A DNA stretch of 64,000 nucleotides from an uncultured Chthonomonadaceae bacterium (GTDB lineage: Bacteria > Armatimonadota > Chthonomonadetes > Chthonomonadales > Chthonomonadaceae), in NCBI GenBank assembly GCA_963835065.1, contig CAWIEK010000045.1, positions 64,001 through 128,000 of the forward strand. Direction: 5' to 3'. Positions 9,899 through 20,355 of this stretch are shown here, one piece after another. The first letter of the stretch is position 1. Each line of letters begins with the position of its first letter. Under the pieces are notes generated by a model. That model saw nothing but the letters and a program-made list of their open reading frames with translations. It searched no databases and was not told the origin of the DNA. The translations under genes and the position numbers were made by a program.

Positions 9899-10937
9899 TT
9901 ACTTTTTTGCGCCCGCCGCAAGGAGCATTTTTTCTATGTCGGGGCGGCTATGGGTTCGCGCAATCGCCGTCAGGCCGGCTGCGGAGCGCACATTTGCTCC
10001 ATGCGCCAGCAGCAGGCGTACCATTTTGGGTTTATCGAAGGTTACGGCGTCGTAAATGACGGGCAATCCGCCGCTCTTGCGGTTGCCATCTATTACATTC
10101 GGGCTGACGCCCCGCGCCAGCAGTTCCTTTGCCAGTTCCAGATTGTCGTTTTCCACCGCAATCACAAGCGCCGGTTTGTTATGATTGGGATGGCTATTCG
10201 GGTTGGCTCCATGCTGCAAGGCAAGAATAGCCATCTGGTCGCGCTTGTCGTTCATAGCCCGCACAAGCAAATTGGAAGCCGATTTCTTATCCGGCGTCGC
10301 GCCCTTTTCCAGCAGCCGTCGGCACAACGCCCAATTTGAATTTCCAACTGCCGCGTCCAGTGGCGTTGTTCCCTGTCCATGCTTCGTATTCGGATTCAGC
10401 CCCTTGTCCAGCAGGGCATAAGCCACTTTATTATCGTTGGGATTGTACTGAATGACCTGCAAAAGCAACGCAGCGCCGTCGTCGGTTGGAGGCAAACGCG
10501 CGCCCTTTTCAATCAGCGCCACTGCCAATGTCGCATTATTGGCTTCAACAGCCCTCTGCACAAGCGTTTGCCCATGCGCCAACCGGTTGATGTCCAGGCC
10601 ATGCTGTATCAACGCATCCAACGCCTTTGAAACCTGCGGCCCATACGAATTTACCAGCGCCATGTTCTAGTTCATCGGTTTCCGCATGAACGTCCGCCCC
10701 ATTTTCAAAAGCGGCGTCAATGCCCCTCACACTCCGCTGTTGAAGCGCTTCGCGCAGTTTCCGGTTCGAGTCATGCGCGATCCTGTACGTCTTCCATCCC
10801 GTCAGCCCGACAAGAAACACCGCCAAAACCAACGCCAGTCCCAAACCAATCCAGTCCGGTCGCCGCTTGTCCAAACGCGCGAGGGGTTGAGGGGTACTTG
10901 GTTGAGGGTTGAGAGTTGAGGGTTGAGGGTTACTCAT
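9899..10937 (-). CDS. membrane-anchored ankyrin-repeat protein; +1 frameshift near 10667-10670
   Basis: Repeated LL.KGA.PN / GTTPL ankyrin motifs; TM-bearing ORF 10545..10943 joins ORF 9899..10663 after removing one base; same architecture as 56070..56855. Confidence 0.8.
10883..10931. repeat. heptamer array (GTTGAGG)n at the ankyrin gene 5' end
   Basis: gttgagggttgagagttgagggttgaggg; translates as NPQPSTLNPQPSTPQP. Confidence 0.8.
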
Positions 10938-11008
10938 GCGCAATCTTCCCCTGTGTTGGATATGTATATCAGCCTGAAACGGATTGAGTATGGCATGTTA
11001 CTCTCAAT

Positions 11009-11030
11009 TTCATCCTTCATCCTTCATCCT
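11009..11030. repeat. heptamer array (TTCATCC)x3; reverse complement also at 32892-32903 and 55638-55665
   Basis: ttcatccttcatccttcatcc. Confidence 0.85.
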
Positions 11031-11032
11031 TG

Positions 11033-11806
11033 TCAGCGCGCTGTCCAACCGCCATCCAATGTCAGCGTCGTGCCGGTCATAAAGTCGGACGCGGGCGAGC
11101 ATAAGAAAACGACAGACGGGCCGAGTTCTTCCGGCTGGCCCCATCTTCCGAGCGGGATGTTGGACAGAAACGCTTTGTAGGCTTCGGGGTCGTTCATCAG
11201 GACGCGGTTCATAGGCGTCTCGAACGGGCCGGGACACAGGCAGTTGACCGTTACGCCGCTTGTCGCGCCCTCCTGCGCCAGTGTCCGCGTCAGGCCAAGC
11301 AGGGCGGATTTGGCAGTGGCATACGCGGCGCGATTGGGCAGGGACACAAACGACATGATGGAGCCGAGCATCACGATGCGCCCCCAGCCCCGCTCCATCA
11401 TGCCGGGCATAAACGCCTGCGAACACAAAAACGAGCCTTTCACGCTGATGTTTACAACCGCGTCCCAATCATCTTCAGTCAGGTCGGGCGTGGCCTTGCG
11501 AATGTTGATGCCCGCATTGTTGATGAGAATGTCAATTTTGCCCAGGCGTTCGTTGCAGTCGTGAAGCAGCTTTTGTACCGACTCGCGGTTGATAACATCC
11601 GTTTCAAAGGCCACAAATGTCCGTCCCGGCACGGCTTGCATCAATTCTTCGGCGGCCTGTTGCCCTTCCGCCAGATTGCGGCTGCACAGAGCCACGTCTG
11701 CCCCGGCTTCCGCCAGCGCCTGCGCCATCGCCCGCCCCAGTCCCTTACTGCCGCCCGTCACCAGAGCGGTCTTGCCCTCCAATCGAAAACTATCCAGTAC
11801 GCTCAT
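11033..11806 (-). CDS. SDR-family oxidoreductase (gluconate 5-dehydrogenase/FabG-like)
   Basis: TGGSKGLG, NNAG and YATAK motifs; start at MSVLDSF. Confidence 0.92.
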   Translation of the reverse strand: MSVLDSFRLEGKTALVTGGSKGLGRAMAQALAEAGADVALCSRNLAEGQQAAEELMQAVPGRTFVAFETDVINRESVQKLLHDCNERLGKIDILINNAGINIRKATPDLTEDDWDAVVNISVKGSFLCSQAFMPGMMERGWGRIVMLGSIMSFVSLPNRAAYATAKSALLGLTRTLAQEGATSGVTVNCLCPGPFETPMNRVLMNDPEAYKAFLSNIPLGRWGQPEELGPSVVFLCSPASDFMTGTTLTLDGGWTAR

Positions 11807-11819
11807 AATTTCCTTTCCG

Positions 11820-11966
11820 TTGTCTTGAACCATGATTTTTCATGATTAGGATGATTATCATGATTGGCTGGTCTTCATCATGTTAATCAGTCTGATCATG
11901 AAAAATCTGGTTGGCGGTCTTCATCATGTTAATCACTCTAATCATGAAAAATCATGGTTCAGACAA
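11820..11966. repeat. palindromic element built from ~9-mer units, copy 1
   Basis: Ends TTGTCTTGAACCATGATT...AATCATGGTTCAGACAA; related copy at 15651-15813. Confidence 0.85.
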
Positions 11967-13316
11967 TGTTCCAACATACCGCCACAAGGCCCAAAAGACC
12001 AGCAGAAACGCCGCCAGCGTCAGGTAGCCACAAATGGGCGTCAAGGGCAGCCATCCGGTGGGAACCACGACATGCTGATACCAGCGTTGAAGCAAGCCGG
12101 CGCTGAGAAGGTACGCGAAAAACACCGTCACGCCCAACAGCAGCCACGCGCTTTTATCCTGCCGATTGCGTTCCAGCAAGGCGAGTGATACGGGCATCAG
12201 CGGAATCAGGGCAACGGCGTCATAACGCTGATGGTACACAACGAGCAGCGACAAACTCATGAACATGCAAAAGAGCAGGCTTTGGAACAGCGTGTCTTCG
12301 GCAAGCGATGTTCGCATAGTGCGTCTTGCAAGCCCAATCAAACCTGCCACAACCAGCGCTATAAAAGGCCATTGCAGCCATGTTGCCCAGGGCGCGGCCT
12401 GCTTCCACGCGCTTAAAATAAAAGGCAGATGAATTTGTTCGCCCGACCACTCGCCGGCTTTACGATTGTGCGGCGTGTAGACAGCCAGGGGCGAAGTCGG
12501 CGCATCCAGCAAAAACGGCGTCAGAAAATCCAGCGCGTCCGGGTAGTTCTGCTTGCCTATGTCCTGCATGTGCCGCAGGGATTGCCGGTACGCCTTCAGG
12601 GTGGCAGTCGGGCCGGTGGGAAGCAGCGCGAAGCCATTCAGGAGCAGCACAATTCCCAACAGCGCGGCCAGCCATTTTCCCTGTCCGCGCCACAGCAGCA
12701 ATCCGACAACAGGGAGCAGGTACGTCACCTTGATGCTGATGATAATTCCAAGCGCAATCGCCACCTTCCAGCGATTGTCCAGAACGGCACAGGCGAAGAG
12801 GAGGAGCAGCGCGACAATCAAAGCCGTCGGCTGCCACTGCATCAGGTTCCAGCGCAGGCTGCCGGACAGCGCCGTTACGCCAAGCAGAAATAATCGCGCA
12901 GACACGGGCCAGCCGGACAGCACATGCCGCATAAAGCGCCACACCGCCCATAGAAATAGTCCGAACACGCCCGTTTTCCAGACAAAACTCGCCAGAGGAA
13001 ACGACAGAAATGAAAGCGGACTGGCAAGCATACCGCACAGGGGCGTATAGAAATACACGCCGAATATCTGGCTTGTCGGCCCGTCCGCAACGCCGAATTC
13101 AGGCGTTGTTTTCACATAAGGCACAATCCCATGCCGCCAGGCAAGCCCCGCCATATATATCTGGTCAAAATCCGAATACCCGATCCAATGCCGTTTCAAG
13201 ACCATCAGCGCAAAGGCCAATATGCCGCAAATACCCAGGAAGGCCAGCAGGCGGTCTAATCCTGCCGGCAAACGCTTGCCATTCAACATTGACTGGGTAG
13301 GAAGGCTTTGAGCCAT
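11952..13316 (-). CDS. GT-C fold membrane glycosyltransferase (GT87/DUF2029-like)
   Basis: Polytopic membrane protein with DF..Y, FYTP, Q.T and K motifs at GT87-like positions. Confidence 0.72.
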   Translation of the reverse strand: MAQSLPTQSMLNGKRLPAGLDRLLAFLGICGILAFALMVLKRHWIGYSDFDQIYMAGLAWRHGIVPYVKTTPEFGVADGPTSQIFGVYFYTPLCGMLASPLSFLSFPLASFVWKTGVFGLFLWAVWRFMRHVLSGWPVSARLFLLGVTALSGSLRWNLMQWQPTALIVALLLLFACAVLDNRWKVAIALGIIISIKVTYLLPVVGLLLWRGQGKWLAALLGIVLLLNGFALLPTGPTATLKAYRQSLRHMQDIGKQNYPDALDFLTPFLLDAPTSPLAVYTPHNRKAGEWSGEQIHLPFILSAWKQAAPWATWLQWPFIALVVAGLIGLARRTMRTSLAEDTLFQSLLFCMFMSLSLLVVYHQRYDAVALIPLMPVSLALLERNRQDKSAWLLLGVTVFFAYLLSAGLLQRWYQHVVVPTGWLPLTPICGYLTLAAFLLVFWALWRYVGTLSEP

Positions 13317-13362
13317 AGCGCTTTCTTAACAAATGATCCGTCACATCTCACAAGTTACCAGT

Positions 13363-13406
13363 CTCCCCTCTCCCAGACTTTTTTGGGAGAGGGGCGGGGG
13401 TGAGGG
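13363..13406. repeat. CCCTCACCCC/CCCCTCTCCC-type hairpin repeat
   Basis: ctcccctctccc-loop-gggagaggggcgggggtgaggg; same family at 33177-33340. Confidence 0.8.
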
Positions 13407-13411
13407 CTAGT

Positions 13412-15445
13412 TTATTTTGCGACGCTGCCCTGCTTCAAGAACGCTACAAACTCGCTGATGTTTTTGTTGTAGCCATCGAATCGCGCCAGAAGAGTTTTGC
13501 CATCCGGTGACACCGCCGCGTATTCAGGCAAAGCGGTCGTGTTCATCAGCTTTTGCTCTAAATTTTGATTGGCGAGATTTTCGGCATCGCCTAACCGATC
13601 CGTGTACAACTGTACACAGATATAACGCTTAAACTCTTCCTGTACAGACGGTTCAGGAAAAACGTTTCCTTCCATCAGGCGACAGTTCACGCAGCTATAG
13701 CCTGTGAAATCAATGAAAATCGGTTTCTTCTGCTCGGTTGCCAGCTTTACAGCCTCATCGAAGTTATGGAGCGGCTTTTCGGACGTGCCCACTTCCATTG
13801 CCCCGCCGCTTCCCGGAGCCGATCCACTCCCCGGCGTTGCAGACGGCTTATTGGCGGTCGGCGTGGTCTTGTAGGGGTAAGGAACCGGGGGCACGAAGGC
13901 ATCCAGATCGCCAAGCGAGCGGCCTTCAATGGCGCGGAGGCACAACACACAACCAATGAGCGTCAACACGCCTAAAATGCGCCGGACAATGCCTGCTTTC
14001 ACCTTGTCATCGTGCGGGAAGCGGAGCCAGCCGAGCAGGTAAAAGCCCGCGATTGCCGCGATTCCGGCCCAGATCGCCAGAAAGACAGGCTTGGTCAGCA
14101 GTCCCGTTCCCCACGTCAAATCCGCGCTGGAAAAGAATTTCAGGGCGGCGGCCAATTCCAAAAAGCCCATGAACGCTTTTACCGTCACCAGCCACGAGCC
14201 GGACTTGGGCAGTTTCGCAAGCGCCTGCGGAAACAAAGCCAACAGGAAAAACGGCATGGCAAAGGCCGAACTGAACGCCAGCATTCCGACGAACGGATAG
14301 AAATAGTGGCCGTGCGCCGCGTCGAGCAACACCGTTCCCACAAATGGACTGGTGCAGGTAAACGAGGTCAGGCTGAACGTGACGCCCATCAGCAGGGGCG
14401 CGATTACGCCGCCTTTTTTCTGCCCCTTTAGCGTACTGTTGAGAAGCCATGACGGCAGCAGAATCTCAAACGCGCCCATCAGATTCGCCGCCAGAATCAC
14501 AAACAGCAAGCCAAGCCCGATGTTGACCCAGGGGTTCGCCGCGAAGTTTTGAATTCCGGTTGCGCCGAACAGCACCGTCATCAGCAATCCCAGGCCCGTA
14601 AACGTCACCACGATGCCCAGGCAATACACCAACGCGCCCTGTACGCCCGATATGCCGGTATCGTCCTTGCGCTTGGTGAAAAAACTGACGGTAATCGGGA
14701 TCATGGGGAATACGCACGGGGTCAGGAGGGAGGTCAGGCCGGCGGCAATCGCCACGAACAAAAACGAGAGCAGCCCCTTCGATTGGGACGGCTCTCCGTT
14801 GCGATTTGCGGCGTTCACCGTTCGGGCAGGAGGCGCGTCGGGCGGTCCTCCTGCCAAAATCAACTTGCCCACGTCCGCGCTTACCACGCGGGGCGCTTTG
14901 CCGATATACGCGGCAGTGGGCAGTTTCATCGGGGGCTTTTTACGGTTGGCGCGAACCGCGCCTGCCGCAACGCTGAACGTAACCGGAACTTCGGTCTGTG
15001 CAGGCGGCAGGCACTGGTGTTCGTTGCAAATCTGGTACTGGATTTTCAACGCGGCCTTCTGGCTGCCCTTGCTGCCCGGCTTGACCACAACGGGAACCGC
15101 AAACGTCGCCGTGTTCTCGTATTCTTCCAGCGTCACCTTGAGCGTGGGTTCCGGGACCTTCTTAAACGCGCCCCCAACCGGCTTGCCTTCGGCAGTCAGC
15201 GCCGGGCCGGCCACGTCTAGTTTCAGCGCTGTGCCGCCGTTCGGGTCCTGCGTCAGCGAGTACATGTGATACCCGGCGGGGATTTTGGCGATTACAATGA
15301 CCTGAGCGCCCTCGCCCGCGCGGGCATCGGGCGGCGCGAACTTGGCGGTAAAGGCCACTTTCTGCGCCTGCGCCATAAAGGGCAGGGACAGTACGCTTAA
15401 CATCAGGCCGAACAAAGCAATACGTAGGGTGCGCAGTACGCTCAC
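13412..15445 (-). CDS. dsbD: thiol:disulfide interchange protein DsbD
   Basis: N-domain YQICNEHQCLPP, TM-domain TPCVFPMIP and FTCTSP, LPKSGSW, thioredoxin CVNC. Confidence 0.92.
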   Translation of the reverse strand: MSVLRTLRIALFGLMLSVLSLPFMAQAQKVAFTAKFAPPDARAGEGAQVIVIAKIPAGYHMYSLTQDPNGGTALKLDVAGPALTAEGKPVGGAFKKVPEPTLKVTLEEYENTATFAVPVVVKPGSKGSQKAALKIQYQICNEHQCLPPAQTEVPVTFSVAAGAVRANRKKPPMKLPTAAYIGKAPRVVSADVGKLILAGGPPDAPPARTVNAANRNGEPSQSKGLLSFLFVAIAAGLTSLLTPCVFPMIPITVSFFTKRKDDTGISGVQGALVYCLGIVVTFTGLGLLMTVLFGATGIQNFAANPWVNIGLGLLFVILAANLMGAFEILLPSWLLNSTLKGQKKGGVIAPLLMGVTFSLTSFTCTSPFVGTVLLDAAHGHYFYPFVGMLAFSSAFAMPFFLLALFPQALAKLPKSGSWLVTVKAFMGFLELAAALKFFSSADLTWGTGLLTKPVFLAIWAGIAAIAGFYLLGWLRFPHDDKVKAGIVRRILGVLTLIGCVLCLRAIEGRSLGDLDAFVPPVPYPYKTTPTANKPSATPGSGSAPGSGGAMEVGTSEKPLHNFDEAVKLATEQKKPIFIDFTGYSCVNCRLMEGNVFPEPSVQEEFKRYICVQLYTDRLGDAENLANQNLEQKLMNTTALPEYAAVSPDGKTLLARFDGYNKNISEFVAFLKQGSVAK

Positions 15446-15650
15446 GTCAATTACCTCACAGCGCGAACGAATTCCGCGCCAATACCATTTTCAAGAGAAC
15501 GAGCTTATATCCGGTTGGAAGAAAATGCAGATATACAAGCAAATTCGTCCTTTAAGCGCGAATATCCTGCTTCATTTCATTCAAGAGGTCAAAAATATTA
15601 TTCCCGTGAAGGCTTAATTCAACGGCTTCGCGGACAGGTCTGCGGCGTTT

Positions 15651-15813
15651 TTGTCTTGAACCATGATTTATGTGATTAGGATGATTACCATGATGAACGC
15701 CCCTGCTCAATCCCGCTAATCTTAAAAATCATGAAAATCACAGTTCATCCAATGCAAGGCGCCTTCTCAATCATGATAATCATAATAATCACATAAATCA
15801 TGGTTCAAGACAA
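15651..15813. repeat. palindromic element built from ~9-mer units, copy 2
   Basis: 28 bp perfect terminal inverted repeat TTGTCTTGAACCATGATTTATGTGATTA. Confidence 0.88.
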
Positions 15814-15996
15814 AGTAAACGAGCAACATCATCTAGCATACGCCGATTATGCTCCGTCTGGTTCCATCAAAATCACTGTCCTGAACTCTAAACCTGAAAA
15901 ACTCCGGCAGGAATCTGCGCAGGCGAAACACTGTCAGGTATTCAGGCAGGATTTTAGAACAAAGATGCGGCAATGATGGTTCAGGAGGCGCTTTAT

Positions 15997-16734
15997 ATGG
16001 AAATTACGCCCGAAGTGGTCAACGAACCGACCCGGCAACTGGAACAAGCGGCGGCAGAACTGCGCGCCGCATTAGAAGCGACGAACCGCGCCCGCGAGGA
16101 AGCGCTGCGCCTGTCGCGGGAAGTGATACAATACGCCTCGCGGGCAATACGCGCTATTCATCGAGGCGAATCACAGGCCGCAAGCGCTTTGGTTGCGGAA
16201 GCGAGGGCACGAGTTGTCGCTGTGCGCCTGTCGCTGCAAAATCATCCTGATCTATTTTACGCGGGCTACGTCCACGATTCGCAGAAAGAGTATGTGGAAG
16301 CCGAAGCGATGCTGGCGATTGTGGGCAACTTGCCCCTGCCCCTGCCCGCTTTGCTCCTTGTGGAACCCCCGGCGTACCTGAACGGACTGGCCGAAGCCGC
16401 CAGTGAAAGCCGCCGGCATGTGCTGGACTTGCTGCGGTTAGGCAATATGGAACAGGCCGAGCGCGTTCTCAAAGTGATGGACGACATCTATTACGAACTG
16501 GTTACGTTCGACTTTCCCGACGCGATTACGGGCGGGCTGCGGCGCACAACTGATGCTTTACGCGCCGTGCTGGAACGAACGCGCGCCGACCTGACCATGA
16601 CCCAATCTCAGCGACGGCTCGAAGCCGCCCTGAACCGCGCCATTCAACACGGGCATTTATCGGCATCCCCTGCCCTTGCGGAAATTCAGGAACAGCCTGT
16701 ACCTGATTCTGATCTTCCCACCAGTGAAGACTAA
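15997..16734 (+). CDS. translin/TRAX (C3PO)-family protein
   Basis: REEALRLSRE..AIRAIHRG, QKEYVEA, YLNGLAEAASE..R and GLRR..D motifs; AGGAGG SD. Confidence 0.85.
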   Translation: MEITPEVVNEPTRQLEQAAAELRAALEATNRAREEALRLSREVIQYASRAIRAIHRGESQAASALVAEARARVVAVRLSLQNHPDLFYAGYVHDSQKEYVEAEAMLAIVGNLPLPLPALLLVEPPAYLNGLAEAASESRRHVLDLLRLGNMEQAERVLKVMDDIYYELVTFDFPDAITGGLRRTTDALRAVLERTRADLTMTQSQRRLEAALNRAIQHGHLSASPALAEIQEQPVPDSDLPTSED

Positions 16735-16872
16735 TCTAATTGATTATGCCATTTTCATCCATCCTAAAGGCGTAAATCTACGCCTTTCAAGAACTTTCGG
16801 GAACATTGGGAACATTCTATATCACGTTACCGTCAATGTGAGTGTGATCTCCTTTCTGTATCAATGATGGCA

Positions 16873-16926
16873 AAACCGCTGTCGCCACCAGCTTGCTGGT
16901 GAATTGCGCTGACAGCGGTTCTTTTT
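16873..16926 (+). terminator. intrinsic terminator-like hairpin
   Basis: aaccgctgtc...gacagcggtt followed by cttttt. Confidence 0.6.
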
Positions 16927-17051
16927 GTCTGCCACAATTTCAAATTCCATGTTATAGTAGTATCAGGCTGTTGTCACTTTCTTCCTGTCAACCGTTTCCA
17001 GTGGGAACAAGAATTGTCAGGGCAAGCGTAAGGTAGACAACAAGTTCAGCA

Positions 17052-17975
17052 ATGACGCTGCTTTCGCTGTTTGTTGTGGAGAACATTGGCGTGTCCGGCA
17101 ATCAAACACAATTCGCTTCCGCAATGTTGGCAATTCCGTCCGCGCAGCCTCAATCTTCCGATGAGACGAACAGACGGGCGGCGTTCGTCCAGACTGCCCC
17201 GACTCAAATCTCCTCTCGCGTTGAGAATTTGGAGACTTATACCGCTTCCGAGCGGGAAAACGCTGCCCCTTCCCCTGTCACAACCGGCGTTTTGAGCGTC
17301 CTCATGCCGATTTATAATGAGCGCGCTACGCTGCCGGGATTGCTGGCGCGAATTCAGGCCGTTCCTGTCGCCAAAGAAATCATTCTGGTGGATGACGGCA
17401 GCACGGACGGTACGCGCGAACTGCTGCAATCGGAATTAGCAGGCGCGTACCCGAATATGCGCGTGTTTTACCACGATCATAATCAAGGCAAGGGCGCGGC
17501 CATCCGCACCGCCATACCCTATGCTATGGGCGACTACTGCATCATTCAGGACGGCGATCTGGAGTACGATCCCGAAGATTACGCGACCATCCTCCACGCT
17601 TTTGAAACATCGGGCGCGAGCGTGGTATACGGTTCTCGTTTTCTGCATGGCTGGCCGCCCATGCGCCTGCCCAACCGCCTTGTCAACAAACTGCTGGCGT
17701 GGATGGTGCGCTTCTTCTTTGCCATGCCCATGACCGACGAGGCCACCTGCTACAAAGCCTTCCACACAAACGTGCTGCAATCGCTTCCCCTGACCTGCCG
17801 CCGCTTCGAGTTCTGCCCCGAAGTAACCGCCAAAGCGATACGAAGGGGACATCGCATTGTGGAAGTCCCCATCCGGTATGAAGCCCGCAGCATGGACGAA
17901 GGCAAGAAAATCCGGTGGACAGACGGAGTCGCCGCCATCTGGACCCTGCTCAAGTTCCGGTTTGCCCGCTTTTAA
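17052..17975 (+). CDS. GT2 glycosyltransferase (polyprenol-phosphate mannosyltransferase-like); start uncertain
   Basis: MPIYNE, VDDGSTDGT, NQGKGAA, QDGDLEYDP motifs. Confidence 0.9.
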   Translation: MTLLSLFVVENIGVSGNQTQFASAMLAIPSAQPQSSDETNRRAAFVQTAPTQISSRVENLETYTASERENAAPSPVTTGVLSVLMPIYNERATLPGLLARIQAVPVAKEIILVDDGSTDGTRELLQSELAGAYPNMRVFYHDHNQGKGAAIRTAIPYAMGDYCIIQDGDLEYDPEDYATILHAFETSGASVVYGSRFLHGWPPMRLPNRLVNKLLAWMVRFFFAMPMTDEATCYKAFHTNVLQSLPLTCRRFEFCPEVTAKAIRRGHRIVEVPIRYEARSMDEGKKIRWTDGVAAIWTLLKFRFARF

Positions 17976-17977
17976 GC

Positions 17978-18007
17978 AGTTGATAGTTGATAGTATATAG
18001 TTGATAG
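17978..18007. repeat. heptamer array (GTTGATA)n
   Basis: agttgatagttgatagtatatagttgatag. Confidence 0.75.
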
Positions 18008-18070
18008 GAGTATAGGAACTACACACATTCCATAACCAACCGCTTAATCAAATTTCAATCACAAGCAGCC

Positions 18071-18379
18071 TTAACGCCCGCCGCTTGACGGATACCCGCC
18101 CGAACCGCCGCCCGAACGCGGATAGCCGCCCGAACCACCAGAACCGCCGGATTGAGGGTACCCGCCGGAACCGCCGTAGCCGCGAGACACGTTTCCCCCG
18201 GTCGTGGTGGGGGGCGGGCTATTGGGAACGTTATGTTCGGTAAAACGCTTCTGCATATCGGCTGCCGATGTGGTTGCCCCATGCTGCGGCCCCAGGATTT
18301 TGTAACCCACAAAACCAAGCGCGACCACCAAGACAATGATAATGGCGATGATAGCGCCTACTGGTATGCTCTGCTTCAT
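18071..18379 (-). CDS. small single-TM protein with Gly/Ser/Tyr/Pro-rich tail
   Basis: N-terminal hydrophobic helix, GGSGGYP repeats; ATGA overlap with upstream gene. Confidence 0.75.
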   Translation of the reverse strand: MKQSIPVGAIIAIIIVLVVALGFVGYKILGPQHGATTSAADMQKRFTEHNVPNSPPPTTTGGNVSRGYGGSGGYPQSGGSGGSGGYPRSGGGSGGYPSSGGR

Positions 18380-20238
18380 TGTTTATTAGCCTCGATGAAT
18401 GATGCGCGAGGGTCTTCGCGGATGTCGCGCCCCTCGGTGATGAGATACTGCCGGTCTGCTTTAAGCCCCTGCGCCCGATCCACGACGCCGCTCGGCCAGC
18501 GTACTTCCACAGATTCCGCCTGTTCCTGCAACCCAAGCCCAAACGTCGGTTGCCGCTGGGATTCGGACAGGAAACTGCCGCCACTGTGGACATACTGCGA
18601 CTGCGTAACGCCCGCATTGGTCACGCGAATCAAGGCGCCGATGCCATCCCGGTTAGAGCGAACGCCTTCCGTTCGGAAACGAATCCAATGATTGTGGTTC
18701 CTCCTTTCGTTGCGGAACAGGCGAAACTTGCCGCCATTGTCCACCAGGGCGATGTCCAGATCGCCGTCATTGTCCATGTCGCCATACGCCGCGCCCCGGC
18801 CCACCACTTTGTCCGTCAGGCCCGCCACTTCCCCGGCCTCCTGAAACTTGCCGTTGCGCAGATTATGAAACAGCAGCGGGCGCTCCTTGAACGTCAGCAT
18901 GGATTCGTAGGTGCTGATAATGTCGTCCACATGCCCGTTGGCTGTAAACACATCCTGCCAGCCATCCAGGTCATAATCAAAGAAGAACAGGCCGAATGTC
19001 AGATACGCCAGGCTCGGCGCGGCGATCCCGGTCGTGTGCGCGTTGTCTGTAAACAGGGGCGTCTCGCCCGTATGGGCGTCCGTTTCCAGCAGGGACAGGC
19101 TTTCGTTGGAGAAATTACCGATGAGCAGAGCAAACTGACCGTTGTTGCGCCAGTCCGCCGTATCTATGCCCATGCCCGCTTTGAAATGCCCGTTTTCCCC
19201 GGTGGCAATGCCGCTCATCGCGCCCTGCTCGACAAATCGCTTGCCTTTGTCGTTGATGAATAAATAGTTGGCCCAGGTGTCGTTGGTGACGACCAAATCC
19301 GGCCATCCATCCCCATTATAATCCGCCACCACAACTCCGAACGACTTGCCAAGCGTACCGCTACGTATGCCCATTTCCTGACTTACATCGCGGAATCGCC
19401 CGCCGCCCTCGTTGTGGTACAGCGTACAGTAGCTGCCTTCAAAGGTTCCGGGCGGGCAGTATCCGCGCAGGCCGTTGTGCCCGCACCAGGGGTTGAGTTT
19501 CGGCGACCACTTCACATACTGCGTAACGAACAGGTCGAGTTTGCCGTCTTTGTCATAATCCAGCCACGCCGCGCTTGCGCTCCACTTCCATTTCAGTTCC
19601 ATACCCGGCATCGGAACGCCGACAACGCCGGCTTTGGCGGTGACATCCTGAAAAATCGGACCTTTGCGGTTCGGATCGCCCAATGTATTGCGCAAAAGGT
19701 GGTTCGGGCCGATAGCGGTAAGATAAATATCCTCGTAGCCGTCGTTGTCGAAATCGCCGACGGCAACGCCCATGCCATAGATTTCAATGTCCAGGCCCGC
19801 TTCTTTGGTAACGTCCGTAAAGGTTCCGTTGCGGTTGTTATGGTACAGATGAGGCGTACTGCGCGGCCCTTTGTCGCCCGGCCAGTTAGCGCTGTTGACG
19901 ATGAGAATGTCCTGCCAGCCGTCGTTGTCGTAATCCAGAAACGCCACGCCCGACCCGACCGTTTCCGGCATGTTCTTATGCCCTTTGGCTCCATTGTTGT
20001 GCGTAAAGTCAATACCGGCCTGCCGGGAAACTTCCACAAAGGTGACGCTCGCGTCCTGCGGCGCAACGGACGGCGTTGCCGGTTTTGCCACTGCACTATG
20101 CCGCGTCCCGCACCCGCACAATATCGGCAGTATCGCCAGCAACAACGTCGTGACCAGAAGCGCGCGGCCTCCGCATCCCGAAGGCTTTGCCCAATTTCCT
20201 CTGGCTCCGCCATCAAACTTGTCAATCAAAATTGTCAT
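18376..20238 (-). CDS. CRTAC1/ASPIC-UnbV family protein with FG-GAP repeats; start approximate
   Basis: DYDNDGWQD-type repeats; C-terminal SNRDGIGA..GGSFLSES..FGLG..VRWPSG; lipobox-like ILCGC. Confidence 0.9.
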   Translation of the reverse strand: MTILIDKFDGGARGNWAKPSGCGGRALLVTTLLLAILPILCGCGTRHSAVAKPATPSVAPQDASVTFVEVSRQAGIDFTHNNGAKGHKNMPETVGSGVAFLDYDNDGWQDILIVNSANWPGDKGPRSTPHLYHNNRNGTFTDVTKEAGLDIEIYGMGVAVGDFDNDGYEDIYLTAIGPNHLLRNTLGDPNRKGPIFQDVTAKAGVVGVPMPGMELKWKWSASAAWLDYDKDGKLDLFVTQYVKWSPKLNPWCGHNGLRGYCPPGTFEGSYCTLYHNEGGGRFRDVSQEMGIRSGTLGKSFGVVVADYNGDGWPDLVVTNDTWANYLFINDKGKRFVEQGAMSGIATGENGHFKAGMGIDTADWRNNGQFALLIGNFSNESLSLLETDAHTGETPLFTDNAHTTGIAAPSLAYLTFGLFFFDYDLDGWQDVFTANGHVDDIISTYESMLTFKERPLLFHNLRNGKFQEAGEVAGLTDKVVGRGAAYGDMDNDGDLDIALVDNGGKFRLFRNERRNHNHWIRFRTEGVRSNRDGIGALIRVTNAGVTQSQYVHSGGSFLSESQRQPTFGLGLQEQAESVEVRWPSGVVDRAQGLKADRQYLITEGRDIREDPRASFIEANKQ

Positions 20239-20355
20239 AATCAACGGTACTGTACTGCGCTCCCAACAGGGCATTGCCCACCAATCCTCCATACGCAAGA
20301 CACGCTTGCGCATAAATTGCCGCATTGTCCGAACACCGAACACCTGAATACCTGT

